NCBI GenBank assembly: GCA_050732395.1
Contig: JBOHQX010000300.1
Coordinates: 6,312-70,311 of the forward strand
Direction: 5' to 3'
DNA length: 64,000 bases
Source of the DNA: a bacterium
Lineage (GTDB): Bacteria > Zhuqueibacterota > Zhuqueibacteria > Zhuqueibacterales > Zhuqueibacteraceae
Positions 10,511 through 19,629 of the stretch are shown piece by piece. The first letter of the stretch is position 1, and each line of letters begins with the position of its first letter. The translations under genes and the position numbers were made by a program. A model generated the notes under the pieces. The model was not told the DNA's origin. It was given only the letters and a program-made list of their open reading frames with translations, and did not search any database.

Positions 10511-11203
10511 TCAAGACTCCCGCTCAATCTTGCGCTGAATCAGGGTGATCAGCAACAACATGAAAAACGAAATGAGCAGTAAAATGAGAGCGTAAAGATG
10601 GGCCGTATCGTAATTGAGCTTTTGCACTTCGTCGTACAGCGCAATGGAAGCCACTCTCGTTTTGCCGGGTATGTTCCCTCCCAGCATGACCACGACGCCA
10701 AATTCGCCCAGCGTGTGTGCAAAACCCAATATCGCCCCGACGCCGATCCCTTTGAGCGAAAGCGGAAGCACAACGTGCCCAAACGTTTGCCACGGCGTCG
10801 CGCCCATGGCGCGAGCAGCATCGAGGTAATCCTGATGGACTGAACGAAAAGAGCTCAAGATTGGTTGGACGGCATAGGGCAGGCTGTAGATGACGGAGCC
10901 AATCACCAGGCCTTTAAAAGTGAATGTCAAGGTTTGGCCGGTGAGCTCCATCCAAAACGCGCCGAAGGGGCGTTGCGGTGAGAAGAGCATGAGCAAATAG
11001 AAGCCGATGACCGTGGGGGGCAACACGATCGGCAGGCTCACCACGGTTTCGAACACGACCGTGCTTCGCCCCCCGCGCCTGCACAGCCAGTACGCCAGCG
11101 GAAGGCTAACCAAAAGTAACAGCAGCGTGACCACGAAAGCCAGGCGCAACGTCAGCGCGAGTGCCTCCCACAGCTCGGGTGGCAATCCAAGAAATGCCGG
11201 CAA
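10511..11203 (-). CDS. modB: molybdate ABC transporter permease
   Basis: A five- to six-TM BPD-type permease with the EAA-loop region DAARAMGATPWQTFGHVVLPL and the ModB-typical tail HTLGEFGVVVMLGGNIPGKT. It sits directly downstream of modA. Confidence 0.85.
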   Translation of the reverse strand: MPAFLGLPPELWEALALTLRLAFVVTLLLLLVSLPLAYWLCRRGGRSTVVFETVVSLPIVLPPTVIGFYLLMLFSPQRPFGAFWMELTGQTLTFTFKGLVIGSVIYSLPYAVQPILSSFRSVHQDYLDAARAMGATPWQTFGHVVLPLSLKGIGVGAILGFAHTLGEFGVVVMLGGNIPGKTRVASIALYDEVQKLNYDTAHLYALILLLISFFMLLLITLIQRKIERES

Positions 11204-11214
11204 GCAGTGTTCCT

Positions 11215-12000
11215 TTATTGGGGCAGGCGAAATCCATAACGGTTGAAAACCGCCCTGGCCTGCTCCGAACGAATGAAATTCAGATATACTTTGGCCGCGG
11301 GCTTGCTTCTCCCCGTTTTGGTCAGCACCGCTCCCTGCTCCAACCGCGGATAGTAGCTTTCGGGAATTTCATAAAACTTGCCGGCGTTGCTGAGCTTGGG
11401 CGCGAGCACCAACGACAACGCGACGATGCCCGCGTCAACGTTCCCGGTTTGAATGAATTGCGCGGTTTGTGCGACGTTTTCGCCCAGCACGATTTTGTTT
11501 TGAATGGTATCCCAGGTTTTACTGTGCACCAGCGCGGCTTTCGCCGCCCGGCCGTACGGCGCATGCTCTGGATTCGCAATGGCAATGCGTTTGATCTTCA
11601 CGTCACGCAAGATTTCCAAACCGTGTTCGACCGCGATTTCGGGATTGAGCGACCAGAGCACGATATGGCCGACCGCATACAACGTCAAGCTACTGGAATC
11701 CGCCAGCCCGGCCTTGATCAATTCTTCGGGATATTTCATATCCGCCGACATGAAAATGTCAAAAGGCGCGCCGTTTTGTATTTGCGCGAATAGATTTCCG
11801 GAGGCACCTGCTGAAACCTGCAGCACGACCTGCGGATGCGTTTTCCGAAATTCCACGTTCAAATCGTCGAGGCAATATACCAAATCTGCGGCAGCGGCAA
11901 TGGTGAGCGTTTCATCATTTTGGGCACGAGCCACCGCCGCCATCGCAAAAAGGCTCATCCCAATGGCAATGAGACATTTAGTTTTCACAAGAGATTTCAT
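11215..12000 (-). CDS. modA: molybdate ABC transporter substrate-binding protein
   Basis: Signal peptide MKSLVKTKCLIAIGMSLFAMAAVARAQ, then TIAAAADL...ASGNLFAQIQNGAPFDIFMSAD...IAIANPEHAPYG, a typical ModA pattern. Confidence 0.85.
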   Translation of the reverse strand: MKSLVKTKCLIAIGMSLFAMAAVARAQNDETLTIAAAADLVYCLDDLNVEFRKTHPQVVLQVSAGASGNLFAQIQNGAPFDIFMSADMKYPEELIKAGLADSSSLTLYAVGHIVLWSLNPEIAVEHGLEILRDVKIKRIAIANPEHAPYGRAAKAALVHSKTWDTIQNKIVLGENVAQTAQFIQTGNVDAGIVALSLVLAPKLSNAGKFYEIPESYYPRLEQGAVLTKTGRSKPAAKVYLNFIRSEQARAVFNRYGFRLPQ

Positions 12001-12056
12001 CTGAAAATCCGGTGTTACATTCTTGCTTTGCGCCTGAAGGCGCTACTACGAACCGC

Positions 12057-14501
12057 TCAGACGGCTTTCAGCACCACCAGCGTCATATCGTCATGCTGCG
12101 GCTGGTCGCCGACAAAGCCTTTGACCGACTCAATGATACGGTGTACCAATTCCTCAGAACTGCCGTTCTTGTTGCGGTGGAGCATATCCAAAAATCGCTC
12201 TTCGCCGAATTCCTGCAAATGGCCATCCATCGCTTCGGTGAAGCCGTCGGTGTAAAGCACAAGGGTGTCACCCGGCGACAGTAGCAATTCGCCTTCCACC
12301 AGGGTTTTGTTGAACAATTCGCCGCCATCCAGCCCCAGCCCGATGCCCGCCGTTTGCAGCAGGCGCGCTTCGCTCTCGCCGGTGCGAAAAACAATGCCGG
12401 GGTTGTGACCCGCCCGTGCAAAGCGCAGCAGGCGCCGTTTGCTGTCGAGCACGGCGTAAAACATGCTCACGTACCAATTGCGCTCAATGGTGCGATACAT
12501 GAGATGGTTCACTTTGCTGAGGACTTTCTTGGGCGAAGTTTCTTCGCCGGCATGTGATTGCAAAATACCTTTGGTGAGCGTCATGTAAATCGCGGCTGGC
12601 ACGCCTTTGCCGGAAACGTCGCCCACGGCAATGCCGAGGTTACCGTCGCGCAGATCAACGAAATCAAAATAATCGCCGCCGACTTCAAGCGCAGGTATGC
12701 ATACGCCGGCGACGTCAAATCCAGCCACGGACGGTTGCGTTTTCGGCAACAACCCCAATTGCACGCGATGCGCGATTTCCAATTCCTTCTGCAGGCGTAC
12801 GCGCTCTTTAATGCGGCGAATATGCGCAGGCTCGTCTTCGGGCGTGAAGTGAAATTCTTCCCCGCGCCATTTGCCGATGGCTCCGATCACCAAAAGCCCG
12901 GCCAGCACTGCCAGCGCCAATAATCCATTGCTCAAAAAGAAGGGCGACGAGCTGGCGATGAACGGGCCAATTTGTGTCAACACCGAAAAAACTCCCATTG
13001 AAATCATGGCAGCAAGCAGACCATAGCGCCAAAAAACGATCCCTTGCATCAAGCCAAGCGCGAAAAATGGCACGAAAGTCAGATAAGCCGGGCGCAAGCT
13101 GTACGTGTCGTTGAAAAAGATCAGAAACAGGCCGTACAAAAAGGCGGAGACGGTGATCGCGGCCGCGGCCGAGTTCAGCTTGCGGCGCAGCGAGGGAATC
13201 AACCACAAGCGAAAGACGACTTCATCGAACAGCCCGCCGAAGATCAGGCTGATGGTGAAAGTCAGCACCGGCAAATAGTGATCAAAATTCGCTCCGCCAA
13301 CCGCGCTGATGCGCGGCTGTGCCCCGAGGGCGTGAATCATCACGTAATAGATAATTTGCACCAGTGCGAAAACGATGGCACCAAAGGCGATGCCGGCGGG
13401 CAGCTCGCGCCCGATATTTTTGGTGAGCAAGCGGCGATTGAAAAGACTATCGACGCCGGCCAGCAAGCGAGGATGATCCGCACGCAGCACTTGCTCGCCG
13501 ACGGTCCAGCCGCCGAGTACCATCAAAGCGATGAAGTTATAGCCGAAGACGGCTGATACGCCGAAATGAATCAATTTGCTGTATACCTGGCTGATGGCGC
13601 CGAAGCCGGTTCCTAAAGCCATACGGTCCCAGCTATTGATCGCACCGACCACCAACATAAAAAACACGATGCCAGCCAGCGACAGCCCGGTGCGCACGCC
13701 GATCTCACCCTCATGATATTTTCGCAAAAAAGCCACCAGAGAGACGAACAACAAAACGATGTAAACGATGACTGAAAGCGTATTGATGAGAATATTCGCA
13801 GAGCCGACGACACCCGAGGCTGCAATAAAGTCTTGAGGATCGCGCAGATAGCGCACGGCGGAAGTGAGCTTCGTGCCGGAGACGTAGAACTCGATGACAT
13901 CTGCGGCTTCTTTTAAAGAGGTATCGCGGCGAACAAAGACGAGCTTGGCATCGGTGCGCCGGAGCTTTTGCGTGCGGCTCGATTGCTCCAGCTTGAAATC
14001 CGCGGGTTGGATTTCAGGCCAATTGTTCAATGTCTGTTGCGCGATTTGCAAGCCTTGCGTCGCCGTCAAGGAATCCCCGGCCACCGAATCGGGTAGCGTA
14101 TGAATAAAGCCGATCAATTTGCCGCTCGGCGATACGCGCACCTGCATGGTCTCGCGTTGCTGATCCTTCGGCACGTTTTGATAAAAATCGAATTGCCAAT
14201 ACGATAAAGGTAAGCGATCTTCCCGGCCCAGTGCGATGATCGGCGCCACGCCGAATGCGCTCATCATGTAATCCAGGCCGGAGGCATCATAAATAAAAAT
14301 CGCATCATAATAAAATTTGCCGGCGTCGAAGCCTTGCTGCCGCAAACAAGCTTCCACGACTTGTTTGGCTTCGCTGCGGGTCACCCGGGGATCGCTGGCA
14401 AAATAGGGGTTGATTTGAGGCATGATCAAAGCCCCCAGTACCAGACTCACAAGCGCAATTCCGGCTAAAATCCAAGAAGAAATTGTCTTTTGTTGCTTCA
14501 T
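12057..14501 (-). CDS. membrane-bound PP2C-type (SpoIIE/RsbU family) serine phosphatase with large polytopic N-terminal domain
   Basis: The C-terminal domain carries GGDYFDFVDL, GDVSGKGVPAAIYMT, LVLYTDGFTEA and DDMTLVVL. The N-terminal region of about 550 aa has one N-terminal TM helix, a periplasmic-like domain and at least 8 TM helices. The ATG at 14501 (MKQQKTISSW) is preferred. Confidence 0.85.
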   Translation of the reverse strand: MKQQKTISSWILAGIALVSLVLGALIMPQINPYFASDPRVTRSEAKQVVEACLRQQGFDAGKFYYDAIFIYDASGLDYMMSAFGVAPIIALGREDRLPLSYWQFDFYQNVPKDQQRETMQVRVSPSGKLIGFIHTLPDSVAGDSLTATQGLQIAQQTLNNWPEIQPADFKLEQSSRTQKLRRTDAKLVFVRRDTSLKEAADVIEFYVSGTKLTSAVRYLRDPQDFIAASGVVGSANILINTLSVIVYIVLLFVSLVAFLRKYHEGEIGVRTGLSLAGIVFFMLVVGAINSWDRMALGTGFGAISQVYSKLIHFGVSAVFGYNFIALMVLGGWTVGEQVLRADHPRLLAGVDSLFNRRLLTKNIGRELPAGIAFGAIVFALVQIIYYVMIHALGAQPRISAVGGANFDHYLPVLTFTISLIFGGLFDEVVFRLWLIPSLRRKLNSAAAAITVSAFLYGLFLIFFNDTYSLRPAYLTFVPFFALGLMQGIVFWRYGLLAAMISMGVFSVLTQIGPFIASSSPFFLSNGLLALAVLAGLLVIGAIGKWRGEEFHFTPEDEPAHIRRIKERVRLQKELEIAHRVQLGLLPKTQPSVAGFDVAGVCIPALEVGGDYFDFVDLRDGNLGIAVGDVSGKGVPAAIYMTLTKGILQSHAGEETSPKKVLSKVNHLMYRTIERNWYVSMFYAVLDSKRRLLRFARAGHNPGIVFRTGESEARLLQTAGIGLGLDGGELFNKTLVEGELLLSPGDTLVLYTDGFTEAMDGHLQEFGEERFLDMLHRNKNGSSEELVHRIIESVKGFVGDQPQHDDMTLVVLKAV

Positions 14502-14617
14502 GTCCGCTCCAGCTCTTCCGATGATCCGTGGGTGACGAGAGACCAACCAGTGATAAAGCTATCGGTTTTTACTTGAAAATCAAACAAATGTTACCACTTT
14601 TTTGCCATATAAGTGGC

Positions 14618-14657
14618 TTGACATGCATGAGATTAGTGGTTAAGTTGATGGTATAAT
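14618..14657 (+). promoter_or_regulatory. possible sigma70-like promoter upstream of or overlapping the DUF192 ORF start
   Basis: A perfect TTGACA (14618-14623) lies 17 nt before TAAGTT (14641-14646). A perfect TATAAT (14652-14657) overlaps the ATG at 14656 but is 28 nt from the -35. This is motif reading only. Confidence 0.25.
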
Positions 14658-15330
14658 GAACAAACGTTTTGTTTCTGACCGCGCTTATTACACTCACAAA
14701 AGGCTTGCAACAAAAATGAAACCGCCAGGGAAGGAAATTTGGGAGAGCGAAGCTCTCGCCAAAGTCGGCAAATGGGTAGATTTGCATTTTGGAACAGGCT
14801 GGAGGAAGTCTGCAATTTTGAAGGGTTCTTCGTTACGGTTCCCATTTCGTAGCGGAATTCAGGCACGAAATATCACAATCGGATTGATCGCCATTCTTCC
14901 CATTTTGACCGGCTGCCAGAGTGCTTCCCAAGAAAAGCACAAGCCCGCTGAAGCGGAAACTCAAGGGCAAAATGCGGAGCATTTGCCTCGCATCATGGTC
15001 GGCAACATCCCCTTGCGCGTCGAGATTGTGCAAACCGATGAAGAACGCATGCGCGGCCTGATGTTTCGCGAGAAGCTGCCGGAGGGGCAAGGCATGTTGT
15101 TCGTGTTCGAGCACTCGAGCACGCAATCCTTTTGGATGCGCAACACGTTTATTGCGCTCGATATTGCTTTCATAGACGCGGACGGGCGCATTGTCGACAT
15201 CCAACGCATGGAGCCTTTGGATGAAACCAGGAGCTACCTTTCGCCCGCGCCCGTACCGTACGTTCTGGAAGTCAACGCCGGCTGGTTCACGCGGCACGGG
15301 CTCAAGGCGGGGGACATTGTGAAGTTTTAG
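14656..15330 (+). CDS. DUF192 family protein (probable lipoprotein); start codon uncertain
   Basis: The core MFREKLPEGQGMLFVF...SFWMRNTFIALDIAFIDADGRIVDI matches DUF192. A lipobox ILTGC sits at residue 87 of the long ORF, but no ATG/GTG lies 15-25 codons upstream of it. The true start may therefore be non-canonical or internal. Confidence 0.7.
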   Translation: MNKRFVSDRAYYTHKRLATKMKPPGKEIWESEALAKVGKWVDLHFGTGWRKSAILKGSSLRFPFRSGIQARNITIGLIAILPILTGCQSASQEKHKPAEAETQGQNAEHLPRIMVGNIPLRVEIVQTDEERMRGLMFREKLPEGQGMLFVFEHSSTQSFWMRNTFIALDIAFIDADGRIVDIQRMEPLDETRSYLSPAPVPYVLEVNAGWFTRHGLKAGDIVKF

Positions 15331-15362
15331 CGCGTTGGGCCAGGCAATCTCGGGACGCCGTT

Positions 15363-15614
15363 TCAAAGCCTCTTGACAAAACCTACGAGATATAACAACA
15401 CGATCGCGCCAACGGTTGCCGTAATGATGAAGCCGATCGTGCCATAGGCCGATAATCCCAGCAAGCTAAATAAAAAGCTGCCCAGCAAGGAGCCAACCAC
15501 TCCAACTATGATATTACCCACCAAACCGAAGCTGCGGCCTTTCATGATTTGTCCCGCCAGCCAGCCGGCTAGCAAACCGATCAACAGGACGTAAATCCAA
15601 TACGACAGGCTCAT
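15363..15614 (-). CDS. GlsB/YeaQ/YmgE family (transglycosylase-associated) small membrane protein
   Basis: An 83-aa protein with GWLAGQIMKGRSFGLVGNIIVGVVGSLLGSFLF, the glycine-zipper pattern typical of the family. Confidence 0.85.
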   Translation of the reverse strand: MSLSYWIYVLLIGLLAGWLAGQIMKGRSFGLVGNIIVGVVGSLLGSFLFSLLGLSAYGTIGFIITATVGAIVLLYLVGFVKRL

Positions 15615-15656
15615 AATCTTTCCTCCTCACTTTGAAATTGAAAGTTACACAAGAGA

Positions 15657-16010
15657 TTATTCCAATTGGCGATGGAGGAAGGCGGCGTTCTTCCGTCCTG
15701 CAATACTATTCTCCATGATGCGCTTCAATCCAGGACCAATTTGGGTTTTGTAAAACCGCATGGCCTCTTCTTCATTGTCATATACCTTATCGCTCCGCCA
15801 TTCTTGCGGCTCACCACTGCACTCAACGTTGTCCCAAACGTGAACAATGACAACAAAACCATTGACCTCAGGAGCGTAACGAATGCCGCCTTTCATGCGC
15901 AGACCGTGAGGCAACCCGGCCAGGATGTTTTGCTCCTTAGGTAAACAGCACTGCTTGTACTTTTTCCCCGAACCACAAGGGCAGAGTGCATTGCGACCGG
16001 TGGTTTCCAT
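15657..16010 (-). CDS. SEC-C motif domain protein
   Basis: N-terminal CPCGSGKKYKQCC metal-binding SEC-C motif. The ATG at 16010 is chosen because the longer ORF (to 16130) would overlap the upstream gene's end by 60 nt. Confidence 0.65.
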   Translation of the reverse strand: METTGRNALCPCGSGKKYKQCCLPKEQNILAGLPHGLRMKGGIRYAPEVNGFVVIVHVWDNVECSGEPQEWRSDKVYDNEEEAMRFYKTQIGPGLKRIMENSIAGRKNAAFLHRQLE

Positions 16011-16069
16011 CGATATGTTCCTTTCTGAATATTGTAGGAACGGTTCGGCGCAGACGGCCTTGCGCTCCT

Positions 16070-17815
16070 CTATTGCTGGGCCAATCCTTCCAGACGATAA
16101 TTGAACTCGTAAGTCAGGCTGTTGCTCCAACTTTCATCGAAAATCGTTTTGTAGCGTGTGCCGTCCGTGGGGCCGACGGGTTTGCCGTAGGAATAAAACC
16201 AATTGATCACGGGAGAGCCGGTGAAGCCGAGCGCGATCCAGTAACGCCCTGGAGCGAGGCGCAAATTTGCTTTTGAAAAATCGAATGGTTGCCAGCGATA
16301 GCCGGGGCGATTGCTGAGGGCATCGACGTTCAGAAATTCGCTTGTCGCCAAACGCGCGCCGGGCAGCCCATTGTCATCTCTTAGAATCTCCAACCACAAC
16401 GTGCCCTCACCGCCGAATTTTTGCAAAGCGAGCGCAATGTTTTTCAAGTCGACGGGGTTTTGCAGAACGAACACTTGCGCGTATTGTGCCGAGCTGGTGA
16501 CGTATTCCGCCGTTTCCACCAGGAAATTCTTGCGCATTTCTTGTGTTCCGGCGCCGGTCGTCGTCACTTCGCGTGCAAATGCAAAATTGACGTTTTCGGG
16601 AAACTCAAGATTCCCGAAAACAAATGATTTGGTGAATCCTCCAGATTGGCCAGGCGTGGGAACGGGTGGCACGGGCCTGCCGGGCTCGGGTGTCGCTGGT
16701 TTCGGCAGCGTTGGTGGCGGAGTCGCGTCGGCCAAAACGGGTTGAAAGGTCGCGTGCACTTCGGGCGTGAGCAATAAACTCTTCGGACCGTAACGCTGAC
16801 GCTTCGCGGTGATTTTGGATTCATCGACGGGAAAGTCCGAATCAATAATCTCTTCAAACTCCGGCTGGCCCGGACTCTCACCGGCCATGGTCCAGCGAAT
16901 CAAACCGTCCTGGGTGGTTTCTTCATTGTCGAGTCCGGCTTCGATGCGGATGTAGCGATTGCTGGTGAACAACTGGCTTTGCTGCGGATCGAACGGCACC
17001 CAGCCGAGATCGGGAAAAAAGACATCGATCCAGGAATGCCGGCCCTGCGCCATGCCCAGGGTCAACGCGCCGGTTTCCATTTTTGCATCATAGGAACGCT
17101 TCAGCGTGACGCCGTTCACGATGCGTACGGGAATGCCCACCGCACGCATCAAGGCCGCGGATAGGTGCGAATAGTTCTGGCAGTTGCCCTTGCCGGAATT
17201 GAAAGAATACATGGCCTCGTAACTTTCCGGCACGAGCACGTAGGTCATGTGATCCACCACCCACGCCAGAATACGTTGCACCGCGTCAAATTCCGTGGTG
17301 ACCTCGCGAGTGAGTTCCTTCGCTTTTGCCACGATGCGGGCATCCGTGGCCGGCACTTGTTTGGTCGACCGCAAATAGCCCTGCTCGGCGGGCGGGATGT
17401 TTTTCGGCGGAAAGGGTGCGGCGGTGTTGAGCGTGCTCAATTGCACCCAATTCGTCGCCGTGAGCAGGACCGAGGTCTTGACGGTTCCGGAGGGGTTCGA
17501 CCAAACTGCAGTTATGACTTTGTTGCCGCGCGTATCCAGCTTTTCTTCCTGCCGCGTGGGTTGCGGTGAAAAATTGAGTTTGAGATTGCTGACTTCTTGA
17601 TTGTAAGTGGGGGAAGTGAAAGACACCGGCACGACCGTGCTGATGATCAAGGACTTTGTGCCGGGCAAAGGCACGAGCCGCTGCGTGAGCGCATAGTTGA
17701 TGCGGGATTTTTGACTGCCCGCCAGGGTATAATTTTCTGCGGAAATGGGTTCGATTCGGCTGGCGAGCATACCCGGAAGCATAAGGCTTATCGCCCAAGC
17801 CAAGCGGCGCATCAT
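16070..17815 (-). CDS. secreted transglutaminase-like (cysteine protease fold) domain protein
   Basis: Signal peptide MMRRLAWAISLMLPGMLAS. The transglutaminase core has GKGNCQNYSHLSAALMRAVGIPVRIVNG (Cys), HSWIDVF (His) and GWVPFDP (Asp). A proline-rich linker is followed by a C-terminal beta-rich domain. Confidence 0.8.
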   Translation of the reverse strand: MMRRLAWAISLMLPGMLASRIEPISAENYTLAGSQKSRINYALTQRLVPLPGTKSLIISTVVPVSFTSPTYNQEVSNLKLNFSPQPTRQEEKLDTRGNKVITAVWSNPSGTVKTSVLLTATNWVQLSTLNTAAPFPPKNIPPAEQGYLRSTKQVPATDARIVAKAKELTREVTTEFDAVQRILAWVVDHMTYVLVPESYEAMYSFNSGKGNCQNYSHLSAALMRAVGIPVRIVNGVTLKRSYDAKMETGALTLGMAQGRHSWIDVFFPDLGWVPFDPQQSQLFTSNRYIRIEAGLDNEETTQDGLIRWTMAGESPGQPEFEEIIDSDFPVDESKITAKRQRYGPKSLLLTPEVHATFQPVLADATPPPTLPKPATPEPGRPVPPVPTPGQSGGFTKSFVFGNLEFPENVNFAFAREVTTTGAGTQEMRKNFLVETAEYVTSSAQYAQVFVLQNPVDLKNIALALQKFGGEGTLWLEILRDDNGLPGARLATSEFLNVDALSNRPGYRWQPFDFSKANLRLAPGRYWIALGFTGSPVINWFYSYGKPVGPTDGTRYKTIFDESWSNSLTYEFNYRLEGLAQQ

Positions 17816-18002
17816 GACAAGCTCCTCTTGATTGAAGAAAAGGCGTGAAGGCTGGGTTGAAACTTAAATAATGGTAACAAAGTCGGGAGAGAAAGTCAAG
17901 CGAGGGAGGTGATGCGAAAAAAGAGATGTGCTCATAATGGATTCCATTGCAACAAAAAGTAGGACGCAAATTTCGCAGATGTACGCAGGTTTGTTGTGCT
18001 TG

Positions 18003-18506
18003 CTACTTATCCCTCTCCTTGGCAAACGCGGCCTGCTCAGTTTGAGTCACGAAATGATGGGGCCCGTAGCTGCCAGGCACGTCGCGGAATGTGATGGCAA
18101 ATCTGTTCCAGGTGTTGATAATCACCACCGCGACCATGAGTTTCACCAAATCCTCTGCGGTGAACTGCTGTCGCGCTTGTTCATATATCTCTTCCGGCAC
18201 GCGCCTGTCCGCTATCAAGGTAACCGCTTCGGTAAAGGCCAGCGCGGCGCGTTCGCGGTCGGTGTAGTAGGGCGCTTCGCGCCAAACGCTGAGGCTATAC
18301 AGCCGCTGTTCCGTTTCGCCCCGCGTTCGTGCGTCCTTGGTGTGCATGTCAACGCAGTAAGCGCAGCCATTGATCTGCGAAGCGCGGAGTTTGATCAATT
18401 CCAACAGCGCAGGCTCCAACCCGCTCTTCTGGCTGTAGCGATCCAGACTATTGATGATTTTCATGCCTTCGGGAAGAACCTTCTGATAATCAAGTCGCGG
18501 ATTCAT
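18003..18506 (-). CDS. carboxymuconolactone decarboxylase family (AhpD-like) protein
   Basis: The motif LIKLRASQINGCAYCVDMH carries the family's CxxC active-site signature. Confidence 0.85.
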   Translation of the reverse strand: MNPRLDYQKVLPEGMKIINSLDRYSQKSGLEPALLELIKLRASQINGCAYCVDMHTKDARTRGETEQRLYSLSVWREAPYYTDRERAALAFTEAVTLIADRRVPEEIYEQARQQFTAEDLVKLMVAVVIINTWNRFAITFRDVPGSYGPHHFVTQTEQAAFAKERDK

Positions 18507-18556
18507 TTTGTGCTCCTGTATGAGAATTCTGACATTACCCTTTTACAGGAGCAAAT

Positions 18557-19624
18557 CTAAAACATAATACAATGAAGACCTGCATCTGGCGCGTGAATTT
18601 TCAGTGCTAGGCCGCTTGCTGTCGAAAGCAGCGCAGCGCGCCGCTCGGTATAGAGGGTTCGCATACGCCGCAGATGGCGTGCAAAGTGACCCTCGACTAT
18701 AAAATCCGTGAGTGCCAATTGTTCCAACATCGGCGTATGAACATCGATGAGACGCCGCACCTGCAAGAACGCTTCGACCAACGGCAGCGGCAAGATCAGA
18801 TAGCCGAGACGCAGAGATGGAAAGAGCACTTTGCTGAAAGTGCCAATGTAAATCACGCGTTCCGCGTCATCAAGCCCCTGCAGAGCAGCCAGTGGACGTT
18901 GGGTAAATCGATATTCGCTGTCGTAGTCATCTTCGAGAATGTAGGCGCCTGTGCGTTACGCCCAATGGAAACTGATGCGAGGGCGTGATGTACACCAGCC
19001 GTGCTTGCGGTGCAAGCGCCATTCCAGCTTCTACCACTAATCCCTCCTCATCGACGGGAACGGGAATGATGTGCGCCCCTGCCCCGAGCAAGGCGCCGCG
19101 GGCGCCAAAATAGCCAGGATCTTCCAGCCAAACAGGATCACCGGTATCGATCAGCATGCGGCAGGCCAGATCGAGCGCCCCTTGCGAGCCGGACACCATA
19201 ACAATCTGTTCCGGCGAACAGCGGACGCGGCGGGAGACGGTCACATGGGCGGCAATCGCTTCACGCTGTGGGCGATAACCCGCGGCGTCCTGGTAGGCAA
19301 GCACACTGCTCGATATTCGCCTCGCTTGCCGGACGACCAGTTTTGACCAGAGCTCGCAAGGAAAGGCTTCCAGCGCTGGCATGCCAAAACGAAAAGGGCG
19401 AGGTGAATGAGCGGACGGCGACTCGGACATTGGAGGCGTCGTTAACTGCGCCCTGGCCTGTTTTGAAAATCTGAGTGCGCGCGACTTTGTTTGTCCGTTA
19501 ACCGTGGGAGTTTCGCGGCGTGGTGTTTTGAGCAAGAGCTACGGAGTGCCGCACCGGACGTATTGCGCTTTAGAACTTCGCAACTATTCACATAGTCTGC
19601 GTTAGGCAAAACCGTTTCGGGCAA
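18557..19624 (-). pseudogene. decayed MocR/PdxR-type (GntR HTH + PLP aminotransferase-fold) regulator gene
   Basis: Two ORFs in different frames carry colinear MocR pieces. The first is FRFGMPALEAFP...YQDAAGYRPQREAIAAHV...LEDPGYFGARGAL...[12 protein letters not shown]; the second is (T)[15 protein letters not shown]...[22 protein letters not shown]. About 15 aa expected between PLGVT and GAYILEDDY are missing, with a frame change near 18950. The HTH region is only a trace (LKRNTSGAAL), and the C-terminus is cut short at the next gene. Confidence 0.7.
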
Positions 19625-19629
19625 AATGA

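Noticed and set aside
11161-12004. Plus-strand ORFs of 210 and 166 aa over modA/modB
   Set aside because: They are antisense to two genes with clear family signatures and have low-complexity Arg-rich translations.
12001-12056. Molybdenum-cofactor riboswitch upstream of modA
   Set aside because: Only 56 nt separate modA from the upstream gene, which is too short for the ~130-nt Moco RNA motif. I could not see its conserved helices.
16070-16130. Longer start (16130) for the SEC-C gene
   Set aside because: It would overlap the 3' end of the transglutaminase-like gene by 60 nt and add a non-conserved, Arg/Pro-rich leader. The internal ATG at 16010 is preferred, although the longer form cannot be excluded.
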